From positions 146,512 to 178,511 of the forward strand of contig DATBGH010000030.1 in assembly GCA_036558085.1 (NCBI GenBank): DNA of 32,000 nt, written 5' to 3'. Origin of the DNA: Hyphomicrobiaceae bacterium. GTDB lineage: Bacteria; Pseudomonadota; Alphaproteobacteria; Rhizobiales; Hyphomicrobiaceae. How positions within the stretch are numbered: position 1 is the stretch's first letter; every line of letters begins with the position of its first letter. Positions 15,559-24,123 of the stretch are shown here, one piece after another. A model generated the notes under the pieces. It had not been told where the DNA came from. It ran no database searches and saw only the letters and a list, made by a program, of their open reading frames with translations. The translations under genes were made by a program, and so were the position numbers.

Positions 15559-18279
15559 TTACTCCGCCAGCTGCTCCTTCACCTTGGCGGCAAGCTGGGG
15601 CAGCGTGAACGGCTTGGGCAGGAAGGTGTAGGCCTCGTCATCATCAAGGCTCTTCTTGAACGCGTCGTCGGGATAGCCTGAGACAAAGATGAACTTGAGG
15701 CTAGGATTGGTCTTGCGCAGTTCTTTCAGGAGTGTCGGCCCATCCATCTCCGGCATGATGACGTCACTCACCACGATGTCGACCTTGCCCTTCTCGCGCT
15801 CCATCACCTCCAGCGCCTCGATACCGGTCCCAGCTTCCAAGACCTCATAACCCTGACGCGCCAAGGCCCGTGCGGCGAAGTTGCGCACGACGTCCTCATC
15901 CTCGACCAGCAGCACCCGTCCCGAGCCAGTGAGATCGCGCGTTGCCTCCCTCTTGCGCTCCCGCGGTTGGGCGATCTCCTCCTCGTTCTCAACGATGTGG
16001 CGCGGCAGGTAGACACGGAAGATGGTGCCCTTGGCCAACTCGCTGTCGGCGAAGATGTAGCCGCCGGTCTGTTTGACAATGCCATAGGCGGTCGACAGGC
16101 CGAGCCCCGTGCCCTTGCCCACCTCTTTGGTAGAGAAGAAGGGCTCGAAGATCTTGCCCATCACCTCCGCGGTCATACCGACACCCGTATCCTCCACCTC
16201 AATCAGCACGTACTCGCCGGCAGCCATGCCGGCGCCCGCATGCTTGAGGCTTTCGCGCTCGCTCACATTGCGCGTGCGGATGGTAAGACAGCCGCCGTCG
16301 GGCATGGCATCGCGTGCGTTGACGGCCAGATTGATGATGACCTGCTCGAACTGGGTCTTGTCGGCCTTCACATACCACAAATCGCGGCCCGACAAGATCT
16401 TGAGCTCGATCTTCTCGCCCATCGCGCGGTTCAGCAGGGCGGAAAGGTCGGTCAGCACTTCACCCAACTCCAGCACTTCCGCCTGCATGGTCTGCCGTCG
16501 CGAAAAGGCCAGCAGTTGGCGCACGAGACCGGCAGCCCGGTTGGCGCTGCTCTTGATATTCATGATATCGCGGTAGGCAGGATCGGTCTGGCGGTGCGTC
16601 TGGAGCAACAGATCGGAGAAGCCGATGATAGCCGTGAGCACGTTGTTAAAGTCGTGCGCCACGCCGCCTGCGAGCTTCCCCACGGCCTCCATTTTATGGC
16701 TCTGAGCAAATTTCTGCTCCAGTGCCTTCTGCTCGGTGGCGTCGATCGCGTAAAGGACGGCACCCTCACGCGCTCGCCCGCCCGAGCCGAGCGCGCTCAC
16801 ATAGACCCGTCGCGCCAGCTCGCGCTGGGCACCGAAGAAGACCTCGATCGGCGCCCCGGCCGTGCGGCCGGACACCGCGCGCTCGAGCGCCTTGGTAAGC
16901 TCGCGGCCGGCCTCCTCTTCACCGTCGGGTACCAGACCGGCAACGGTCGACGGTACGCCGCGACCCTCCACCGCGAACATGCGCATGAACGCAGCGTTGG
17001 CCGTCGCGATGCGACCTGAGGCGTCGGCCGTCGCGATGCCGAAGGGTGCCGACTGGAAGACGCGCGTCAGACGCACCTCGGTGTGAGCCTGCACCTCGGC
17101 GCGCGTGGGCTCGCTACTGCGATCGAGCACCAGGGCTGAGATGATGCCTCGGGGCCCATGGCCGCGACAGACGAGCTCGGCGGGAAACACACGGCCGTCC
17201 TCGCGTAGCAGGTCAACCTCAAGCCGGGTTGCGCGCCCCTGGCTGCTGCGCGCCACCGCACGAATGAGGTCAGCCCCGTCGGCTGGCACAATGTCGAGCA
17301 GGCTCAACGTACGGCCGGGCTCGGTGCGCAGGCGCAGCCATTGCGATAACGTGGCGTTGACATGGGCGATGCGCCCCTCCGGGGTGACGGCAAACAGTCC
17401 CTGCGGCAAGCTGTCGTAGAAGGCCAGCGTCGCCTCAAGGCCGCTCACCGTCTCGATCTCGCGCGTGCGTTCGCGCGTGACGTCCACCACTTGCCAGAGC
17501 GTCAGCCGCTGGCCCTCTTTCGCCTCGCTTGATGGGCCCGCAAAGGGCCGCACACCGACCCTGAGCCAGCGCCCTGCACGGGCGCCAACGGGACCCGCAT
17601 CGGCATAGAACTCCTCGTCTCGGGGCTCGCCGCGCTCGGCGGCACGGTTGAGCCGGAAGAAGGCCTGGGCCGATCCGGGCTCGCCGGCGAAGAGCTCCTC
17701 CAGCGTGGCGTGCCGACCTGCGCGCCTGCCCGTGAGGCGCTGCAACGCGCGGTTGCGATAGAGCGCCACACCCTGTTGGTTGACAATTTCAAGGCCCTGG
17801 TCGAGGCCATCGGCGATCGCCTTCACCATCTCGGCTTCGGCCACGCGCTCGCTCAAGCGCAGATAGCCGAACAGCAGGCTAAAGAGGAGGAAGGCGCCGG
17901 TCACCGCAAGCAAGGCCAATACGCCCTGCACAATGAGCTCGCCGGCACCGGCGGCAATGAGCGCAAGCAGGGCGAGGCCGCCGCTTGCAGAGAAGCCGAG
18001 GAGCAGCAAGGCGCCGGCCGACCTTGGCAAGCGCGGCCACCAGCCAAACCGCGCCGCGGCCTGCCCCGGATCGTGGCGCGCCTGCATTCTTGCCATGGCG
18101 GCAAGTCTTAGCTGATTCTGCGCCAGCAGCGCCCTTAGCGACTTCAGGTTGAGCGCGTAGGGACCTCGCAGCGCCTGAATTGAGCCAGCATTTGCACGCA
18201 TGAACAGACTCTGACATCCGGGAGGCAACGGGCCAACGCTGGGGGTTGGTCCACTTGGCGCCTTCAAGAAAGCAGGCAT
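15559..18279 (-). CDS. cckA: Hybrid sensor histidine kinase/response regulator (2 TM, PAS domains, HisKA, HATPase, C-terminal receiver); CckA-like
   Basis: H-box KMEAVGKLAGGVAHDFNNVLTAIIGFSDLLL, then LVRQLLAFSRRQT, N-box INLAVNARDAMP, G-boxes VEDTGVGM and GTGLGLS, and receiver LLVEDEDVVR...DIVVSDVIMPEMDG. The H-box region closely matches my memory of Caulobacter CckA. An alternative ATG start lies at complement 18199-18201. Neither start has a clear SD. Confidence 0.75.
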   Translation of the reverse strand: MPAFLKAPSGPTPSVGPLPPGCQSLFMRANAGSIQALRGPYALNLKSLRALLAQNQLRLAAMARMQARHDPGQAAARFGWWPRLPRSAGALLLLGFSASGGLALLALIAAGAGELIVQGVLALLAVTGAFLLFSLLFGYLRLSERVAEAEMVKAIADGLDQGLEIVNQQGVALYRNRALQRLTGRRAGRHATLEELFAGEPGSAQAFFRLNRAAERGEPRDEEFYADAGPVGARAGRWLRVGVRPFAGPSSEAKEGQRLTLWQVVDVTRERTREIETVSGLEATLAFYDSLPQGLFAVTPEGRIAHVNATLSQWLRLRTEPGRTLSLLDIVPADGADLIRAVARSSQGRATRLEVDLLREDGRVFPAELVCRGHGPRGIISALVLDRSSEPTRAEVQAHTEVRLTRVFQSAPFGIATADASGRIATANAAFMRMFAVEGRGVPSTVAGLVPDGEEEAGRELTKALERAVSGRTAGAPIEVFFGAQRELARRVYVSALGSGGRAREGAVLYAIDATEQKALEQKFAQSHKMEAVGKLAGGVAHDFNNVLTAIIGFSDLLLQTHRQTDPAYRDIMNIKSSANRAAGLVRQLLAFSRRQTMQAEVLELGEVLTDLSALLNRAMGEKIELKILSGRDLWYVKADKTQFEQVIINLAVNARDAMPDGGCLTIRTRNVSERESLKHAGAGMAAGEYVLIEVEDTGVGMTAEVMGKIFEPFFSTKEVGKGTGLGLSTAYGIVKQTGGYIFADSELAKGTIFRVYLPRHIVENEEEIAQPRERKREATRDLTGSGRVLLVEDEDVVRNFAARALARQGYEVLEAGTGIEALEVMEREKGKVDIVVSDVIMPEMDGPTLLKELRKTNPSLKFIFVSGYPDDAFKKSLDDDEAYTFLPKPFTLPQLAAKVKEQLAE

Positions 18280-18284
18280 TCAGG

Positions 18285-18299
18285 TTAAGATGCGATGAA
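18285..18299. promoter_or_regulatory. Near-consensus CtrA box TTAA-N7-TGAA in the cckA / FliO-like divergent region
   Basis: One mismatch to TTAA-N7-TTAA. About 1-3 such sites are expected by chance in a window of this size and GC content. Confidence 0.2.
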
Positions 18300-18480
18300 G
18301 GAGCCAGCGACCCGGCTGGCGCGTTGGGGAGCGTTCCACAAGAACGGCTGTCGCCTCGGGGGGCACTGGGGCGCAAATTGGGGGCGTCTGCATCTTCCCG
18401 TCTAACGATCGGCTCAAACTTTCGGCGACCTTGCAGAAACGGCACCGTCGGGCTCAACGATTCCAGAGGATTTTCGGGAC

Positions 18481-18849
18481 ATGTACTGGCTCTACTGGCT
18501 GTTCATCCTGATCCTGCTCGCCGCTGCCGCCGGCGCTGCGCTGCTGGCCTACCGCACCTATGTCATGGGTGAGTCGAACGTCGCAAACTTCAATATCGGC
18601 GGCTGGCTGTTTCGGCCCAGGCCGGAGCCGCGCCTGGGCGTGATCGAGCAGGCCTCGGTCGACGCACGCCGCAAGCTGGTGCTCATTCGACGCGACGGCA
18701 TCGAGCACCTCATCATGACCGGTGGGCCTGTCGACGTCCTCATCGAGACCGGCATCCAGCCCCCACCAGCCATGAGAATGCCGGCCGAACCGTCCGCCCC
18801 CGTGTTCACGCGCCAACCGCGCAGTTTGGGCCAAGCCGTCAACGAATGA
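18481..18849 (+). CDS. FliO-like single-pass membrane protein
   Basis: 122 aa. N-terminal TM MYWLYWLFILILLAAAAGAALLAY, then LGVIEQASVDARRKLVLIRRDGIEHLIMTGGPVDVLIE. This follows the FliO pattern (E. coli ...LGARERVVVVDVEDARLVLGVTAGQINLL...). GAGGA lies 10 nt upstream. The stop overlaps the next start as ATGA. Confidence 0.6.
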   Translation: MYWLYWLFILILLAAAAGAALLAYRTYVMGESNVANFNIGGWLFRPRPEPRLGVIEQASVDARRKLVLIRRDGIEHLIMTGGPVDVLIETGIQPPPAMRMPAEPSAPVFTRQPRSLGQAVNE

Positions 18850-21425
18850 AAAGCCTAACTCCTTCCAGGCAGCGTCGCGTCTTCTTCGCCGCGCTGCTCA
18901 TCTCGGCCTTTTCGCTTCTCCCCGCTGCCGCGCAAGCGCCATCACCTGATCAAACGCAATCCGCCCCATCCGAGGGCGCGCAAGCGCGGCCCGCAAAGCC
19001 GGAATTGCCCGCCGAGATCGCCGACAACGTGGCGCGGCTCACCGCTGCCATCGAAACCGCCGAAAAGACGATCCAGCACCTGGCCGAACTCGAGGAAGAG
19101 CTGGGTGGGCTGCGGGTGGACGTCGAGACGATCCTCGATGATTCCTCCCAGGCTGCCGAGGCGTTGCGCCCCCAGCTTGCCGCCGTGCGGTCGCAGATCG
19201 ATAAACTCGGCCCACCGCCCGGCAAGGACGGACCCGCGGAGGCACCTGCCCTCGCTGCCGAGCGAGCGCGCCTCACGGGGCTCGCAGCCGGCCTCGACGG
19301 TGCGATCAAATCCACCGAGCTCACCTGGGTACGGGCACGCCAGCTGATCGAGAAGATCACGGTCCTGCGGCACTCGTTATTTGCCAAGAACCTGATGGAG
19401 CGGCGCCCGAGCCCGCTGTTGCCGGACTTGTGGCGCGAACTCATGAGCAAGGCGCCGCCCGTCGGCAACCGCATCAGCTACCTCACCGATGATTGGCTGC
19501 GCTGGGCGAACATCAAGCGGCTCAAAGTCGGTCTGCTGCTTGGTGCAGTGGTGATCCTCTTTGTCGCACTGCGATTAGGGCTCGGTCGGCTGACTGACCG
19601 GCGCCAAAAGCGCAGCGTGCCGCCACCGCCCTCATTTTTCGAGCGCGCGATGTCCGTGGCATGGGTGGCTCCGCTGCGCGCACTGCCAACCATCGCCGCT
19701 GCTCTGTTGCTCTACGCCGGACTGGATGCCATGGACCTCCTCTTCCCGCCATGGGGGGTTACCGCGGCGGGCGTCCTGAAAGCGGTGGTCCTCTATGCGG
19801 CGGTGTCGGCGCTCATCTTCGCCGTGCTCGCGCCCAGCGCGCCGCACTGGCGCCTCGTCTCCCTCGCCGATGGGCCGACACGGCGTGTCGGAGGGCTCCT
19901 GTGCGCCATCACCGCTCTTTATGCCATCGACGGGGCGCTGACTGAGATCAGTCGCGTCTTCTTCGTGCCCCTGGCGCTCACCATCGTGCAGACCTTTGGC
20001 GCCAGCGTCGCCTTCGCAGCTCTACTCATCGGCCTGCTGCTCACGCCCTTCACCCCGCAGCCCGCCGAGACCGCCGCGGCGGCTGAGATCGCAACACCCG
20101 CCGCAAACGCCGCCGAGCGCTATCCTCGCCACGCTCCGCGTTGGTTGAAACTGCCGCTATGGCTGATCGCGCTCGCCATTCTCGGGCTGGCGTTTTTCGG
20201 CTACGTCGCGCTCGCGCGGTTTGTGGCGCAGCAATTGGTCCTCACCGGCATTGTTCTGGTGGTGAGCTGGCTAATGTATCTTGCTATCCGTGCCATCACG
20301 CGCGAACCCCAGCAGCGGCGCTATCCCGTTGGCGAACTTCTGGAGGCTCGCTTCGGCCTCGACGCGCCCCGCCGTAATCAGTTGGCCCGGCTCACCGAGA
20401 TTGCGCTCACTTTCGCATTGGTGATCTGCGCCCTGCCATTTCTGATGATGCAATGGGGCTTTTCCGGCGCCGACATCCGCGATTGGTTCAAATCGCTGTT
20501 TTTCGGTATCGAGATCGGACAGTTCCGCATCTCGCTCGCCCGCATCCTGATCGGCATCGTGCTGTTCATCGTTCTGTTGTTTGCCACCCGTCTGCTGCAG
20601 CGCTGGCTTCGCGAGAAGGCGTTGCAGCAAACCAGGATGGACCCCGGCATTGCCAATTCCGTCGACACCGTGGTTGGCTACATCGGAGTTAGTCTCGCCG
20701 CGTTGCTCGCGGTATCCTACGCCGGGGTCGATATCACCAACCTGGCGATCGTCGCCGGCGCGCTCTCGGTCGGCATTGGCTTCGGCCTGCAGTCGATCGT
20801 CAACAATTTCGTGTCCGGCCTGATTTTGCTGATCGAACGCCCAATCAAGGTCGGCGACCGTATCGTCGTTGGCGATCAGCAGGGCCTCGTGCGCCGCATC
20901 AGCGTGCGTGCCACGGAGATCGAGACATTCGACCGCGCCAGCCTGATCGTGCCGAATTCCGAGCTGATTACAGGACGCGTCCTCAACTGGACCCACCGCG
21001 ACTCCCTCGGCGCCGTCAATGTAAAGGTTGGGGTGGGGTATAACTCCGATCCCGAGCAGGTGATCGCGCTCCTGAAGATGTGCGCTGACAACCATCCCGA
21101 TGTCCTGCGCACTCCTGCACCGATGGCCTTCTTCGACAACTTCGGGGACAGCGCGCTGATGTTCACCTTGCGCATCTCGCTCCCCGATATCGCGCAAGCG
21201 GGCAAGGTCCAGTCCGACCTGCGAACCGCCATCCTGAAGGCACTGCGTGCGGCCGGAATCGAAATTCCCTTCAATCAACTCGACATCAATCTGCGTGAGC
21301 TCGACGGCGCAAAGCGCTATCTCGCCCGCCATGCCCGGGAGGGCGCGGCCAATGTCGGCCAGCCGATCGAACCCGAAACGGTCGGCGCGAGCAACGGCAA
21401 CCGCTTAAGAGGGGCGGCTGAGTAG
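18846..21425 (+). CDS. MscK/KefA-like mechanosensitive channel (signal peptide, periplasmic coiled coil, ~10 TM, C-terminal MscS domain)
   Basis: 859 aa. MscS core AIVAGALSVGIGFGLQSIVNNFVSGLILLIERPIKVGDRIVVGDQQGLVRRISVRATEIETFDRASLIVPNSELITGRVLNWT. Confidence 0.85.
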   Translation: MKSLTPSRQRRVFFAALLISAFSLLPAAAQAPSPDQTQSAPSEGAQARPAKPELPAEIADNVARLTAAIETAEKTIQHLAELEEELGGLRVDVETILDDSSQAAEALRPQLAAVRSQIDKLGPPPGKDGPAEAPALAAERARLTGLAAGLDGAIKSTELTWVRARQLIEKITVLRHSLFAKNLMERRPSPLLPDLWRELMSKAPPVGNRISYLTDDWLRWANIKRLKVGLLLGAVVILFVALRLGLGRLTDRRQKRSVPPPPSFFERAMSVAWVAPLRALPTIAAALLLYAGLDAMDLLFPPWGVTAAGVLKAVVLYAAVSALIFAVLAPSAPHWRLVSLADGPTRRVGGLLCAITALYAIDGALTEISRVFFVPLALTIVQTFGASVAFAALLIGLLLTPFTPQPAETAAAAEIATPAANAAERYPRHAPRWLKLPLWLIALAILGLAFFGYVALARFVAQQLVLTGIVLVVSWLMYLAIRAITREPQQRRYPVGELLEARFGLDAPRRNQLARLTEIALTFALVICALPFLMMQWGFSGADIRDWFKSLFFGIEIGQFRISLARILIGIVLFIVLLFATRLLQRWLREKALQQTRMDPGIANSVDTVVGYIGVSLAALLAVSYAGVDITNLAIVAGALSVGIGFGLQSIVNNFVSGLILLIERPIKVGDRIVVGDQQGLVRRISVRATEIETFDRASLIVPNSELITGRVLNWTHRDSLGAVNVKVGVGYNSDPEQVIALLKMCADNHPDVLRTPAPMAFFDNFGDSALMFTLRISLPDIAQAGKVQSDLRTAILKALRAAGIEIPFNQLDINLRELDGAKRYLARHAREGAANVGQPIEPETVGASNGNRLRGAAE

Positions 21426-21462
21426 GCCTGGCAGGGGTCATCGCCCTCTCCTCGCCGGCGCT

Positions 21463-22029
21463 CTAATCTTCCCGGAATACCTTCTCGCGACGTTCGTGAC
21501 GCTCCTGCGCTTCCAGCGACAAGGTAGCGATGGGCCGCGCATCGAGCCGCTTCAGCCCGATGGGCTCGCCGCTCTCCTCGCAGTAGCCGTAGGTGCCCTC
21601 CTCGATTCGTGCGAGCGCGGCGTCGATCTTGGCGATCAACTTGCGTTGCCGATCGCGCGCCCTAAGCTCCAGGGCGCGGTCGGTCTCAGACGTGGCACGA
21701 TCGGCAAGATCCGCATGCTGGGCGGAATCCTCGTGCAAGACGAGCAGGGTCTCGCGGTTCTGGCGGATGATCTCTTCTTTCCAAGCCACCAGCTTATTGC
21801 GGAAATAGGCGCGATGACGGTCGTTCATGAACGGCTCGTTCTCGGACGGGCGGTACCCATCGGGTAGAACGATGCTGCTGGCCGATGAGCGGCCCTTCTT
21901 GCCTGCCTTGATGACGGGCTTCTTCGCCGTCAGCGTTGCGCGGGCCGCCCCGCCGTTCAAGGTCCCCATGGTGCCACCCTTGCCGGCGGGCTTGCGAACG
22001 GCCACCTTGCCATGATTGCTCTTGCTCAT
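21463..22029 (-). CDS. dksA: RNA polymerase-binding transcription factor DksA (1-Cys type, N-terminal Lys/Gly/Ala-rich extension)
   Basis: Track ORF trimmed to the ATG at complement 22027-22029 (MSKSNHGK...). Coiled-coil tip DLADRATSETD, then LELRARDRQRKLIAKID and YGYCEESGEPIGLKRLDARPIATLSLEA. An alternative start at Met21 (complement ~21969) is possible. Confidence 0.85.
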   Translation of the reverse strand: MSKSNHGKVAVRKPAGKGGTMGTLNGGAARATLTAKKPVIKAGKKGRSSASSIVLPDGYRPSENEPFMNDRHRAYFRNKLVAWKEEIIRQNRETLLVLHEDSAQHADLADRATSETDRALELRARDRQRKLIAKIDAALARIEEGTYGYCEESGEPIGLKRLDARPIATLSLEAQERHERREKVFRED

Positions 22030-22100
22030 CCACGCTTCCCAGTCACCCACAGGAGTTGTATCGGCGCGGCGCGAGCCGAGCGGCACGATGCGCGCGCCCG

Positions 22101-22128
22101 TATTTAAGCCGCTGTTTTTTCAAGTCAA
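22101..22128 (-). promoter_or_regulatory. Putative sigma-70-type promoter of dksA (TTGACT-N16-TAAATA)
   Basis: -35 is the complement of 22123-22128 and -10 is the complement of 22101-22106. This implies a ~65-nt leader. Confidence 0.35.
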
Positions 22129-22646
22129 GCCATTGCCGTGCGCCGCAGCACAGAAGGTTTCCAGGCCGGCCCTGCCCAGCCCAAACCCCGCCTCGATCGC
22201 AATAATTCCACGCCTTGCAAAGTATGTACGAGACCATCCATCGGCTAAATCTCTCAGGTACTTTAATGTTGGCGCCGCCTCCAGATGTCAGGGGGCTCAA
22301 ATACTTCCGCAAACCATGCGCTTTGGGACCTGACCGCACGGCAGTCTTGGACAACCGGGCGGACGAACGGGAAAACCGCCCTGCCATCCGCCGATCTTCT
22401 CCAAAGAGCCCAAGGCAGAAGAAGTCCCAACGATACAGTCCAAACTCGGTGGTGGCTCAACCCCAATGGCGATGCGTCCCCCCAAGCCGGTCCCGAGCGC
22501 CACTTTTAAGGGGGTGTGGCAAAGGAGTGGCGGTTAAGCGGCTGCCGGGACCGCAGCGCCCGTTCGCCTCGGCGCTTGAAGCGCCACCTGTGCCCCCGTA
22601 AAGTCGCCCGTTCGTTTTGCCGGCCGGGGAGCAGTTGCGCCAGATC

Positions 22647-23495
22647 ATGCAGTTCAAAGGCACCAAAGACTACGTCGCGACCGATGATCTCAAGGTCGCG
22701 GTCAATGCCGCCATCACCTTGCAGCGGCCGCTGCTCGTCAAAGGAGAGCCCGGCACCGGCAAGACCGTGTTGGCTCAAGAAGTCGCCAAAGCCGTCGCCG
22801 CCCCGCTCATCGAGTGGCACATCAAATCGACCACCAAGGCCTTGCAGGGCCTCTACGAATACGATGCCGTGAGCCGGCTGCGCGATAGCCAACTGGGCGA
22901 TGCCAGGGTCGGTGACATCAAGAACTATATCCGCAAGGGCAAGCTCTGGGAGGCGTTCACGATGGACCAACGCCCCGTGCTGCTCATCGATGAGATCGAC
23001 AAGGCAGACATCGAGTTCCCGAACGACCTGTTGCAGGAGCTCGATCGCATGGAATTTTACGTCTATGAGACGCACGAAACCATCAAGGCCAAGCATCGCC
23101 CGGTCGTCATCATCACCTCCAACAACGAGAAGGAGCTGCCCGACGCCTTCCTGCGTCGGTGCTTCTTCCACTACATCAAGTTTCCCGATGCGGAGACGAT
23201 GCGTTCGATCGTTGAGGTGCACTTCCCCAATCTCAAGGGTCGCCTTGTCGGCGAGGCACTGAAGGTGTTCTACGACGTGCGCGAGGTGCCAGGCATCAAG
23301 AAGAAACCCTCCACCTCGGAACTACTGGACTGGATCAAGCTCCTGCTCAACGAGGATATTTCCCCCGAGACGCTGCGCGAGAGCGACCCCAGAAAGCTGA
23401 TCCCACCGCTCCATGGGGCGCTTCTCAAGAACGAGCAGGACGTGCACCTCTTCGAGCGTCTGGCGTTTATCGCCAGGCGGCAGGGCGCGCAATAG
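22647..23495 (+). CDS. MoxR-family AAA+ ATPase
   Basis: Track ORF (TTG at 22617) trimmed to ATG 22647: MQFKGTKDYVATDDLKVAVNAAITLQRPLLVKGEPGTGKT (Walker A), LLIDEIDKAD (Walker B), and SNNEKELPDAFLRRCFFHYIKFP. No clear SD. Confidence 0.85.
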   Translation: MQFKGTKDYVATDDLKVAVNAAITLQRPLLVKGEPGTGKTVLAQEVAKAVAAPLIEWHIKSTTKALQGLYEYDAVSRLRDSQLGDARVGDIKNYIRKGKLWEAFTMDQRPVLLIDEIDKADIEFPNDLLQELDRMEFYVYETHETIKAKHRPVVIITSNNEKELPDAFLRRCFFHYIKFPDAETMRSIVEVHFPNLKGRLVGEALKVFYDVREVPGIKKKPSTSELLDWIKLLLNEDISPETLRESDPRKLIPPLHGALLKNEQDVHLFERLAFIARRQGAQ

Positions 23496-23557
23496 CACCC
23501 TACCGGCCTCGCGAGGCGCCCCGCGTCCTCCTTCTTGCAGCACGCAACAGTTTTGTT

Positions 23558-23815
23558 TCAGGCGATGAGCCGCGCCAAAATCACAATGATGATGGCGCCG
23601 ATCGCCGCGACCACGACCTGATCGACCCACTCATTGCCGAGATTGAGCTTCCAACCCGCCGCGTTGAAGACAAAGCCGCCGACGAAAGCGCCGATGAGTC
23701 CCGTGATCAGGTAGCGCAACAAGCCACCGCCGCCCCCCACAACGACGCTTGCCAGCCACCCCGCGATGATGCCGATCACAGCCCAGATCACGAGCTGTTG
23801 CGCGTTCATATTCAT
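23558..23815 (-). CDS. GlsB/YeaQ/YmgE-family (transglycosylase-associated) small membrane protein
   Basis: Track ORF trimmed to the ATG at complement 23813-23815, with GGGAGAAGAG upstream. 85 aa: MNMNAQQLVIWAVIGIIAGWLAS...GLIGAFVGGFVFN...AAIGAIIIVILARLIA. Confidence 0.85.
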   Translation of the reverse strand: MNMNAQQLVIWAVIGIIAGWLASVVVGGGGGLLRYLITGLIGAFVGGFVFNAAGWKLNLGNEWVDQVVVAAIGAIIIVILARLIA

Positions 23816-23915
23816 GGCTCTTCTCCCTGGTGAGCCGCCGGTCATGCACACGATATTCCGGTCGAGCCGCAACTCTGACCGACTCGGCAGATCACGTCGA
23901 GGCTTTGCACCGCCG

Positions 23916-23938
23916 GCGCGGCGCTTTTCGCGCCGCGC
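23916..23938. other. Perfect 9-bp GC hairpin (GCGCGGCGC-N5-GCGCCGCGC) in the lpdA / yeaQ-like spacer
   Basis: Read directly from sequence. Loop is TTTTC (+) / GAAAA (-). No U-tract after it on either strand. Confidence 0.4.
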
Positions 23939-24123
23939 AACGCGCACCACGACCGCGCAGCGCCAGGCTTCGGCGCGTCCCCACGCCACCTGGGACAACG
24001 CCCGGAGCCCACCAACCTCAAAGCGGATCGCATGCCGACCTGCGCCCGCGGATGCGGACGAAAGCCCCGCGATGGGGGCTTGGCCTGGCCACGCGATGGC
24101 TCCCAACGGCGCGCTTGGCGCGC

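Noticed and set aside
15967-17019. 350-aa plus-strand ORF, and similar long ORFs at 20271..21332 (-), 30305..31792 (+), 28822..29913 (+), 27026..27922 (+), 22506..23222 (-), 3319..4185 (+) and 6901..8007 (+)
   Set aside because: Each lies antisense to a CDS with clear family signatures. The translations are Arg/Ala/Gly/His-rich and low in complexity. Long stop-free shadow frames are expected at this GC content.
22321-22350. Minus-strand GGUCAGGUCCCAAAGCGCA, resembling the SRP RNA motif GGUCAGGUCCGGAAGGAAGCAGC
   Set aside because: Similarity stops after about 10 nt, and the conserved GGAA/AGCA helix-8 elements are missing.
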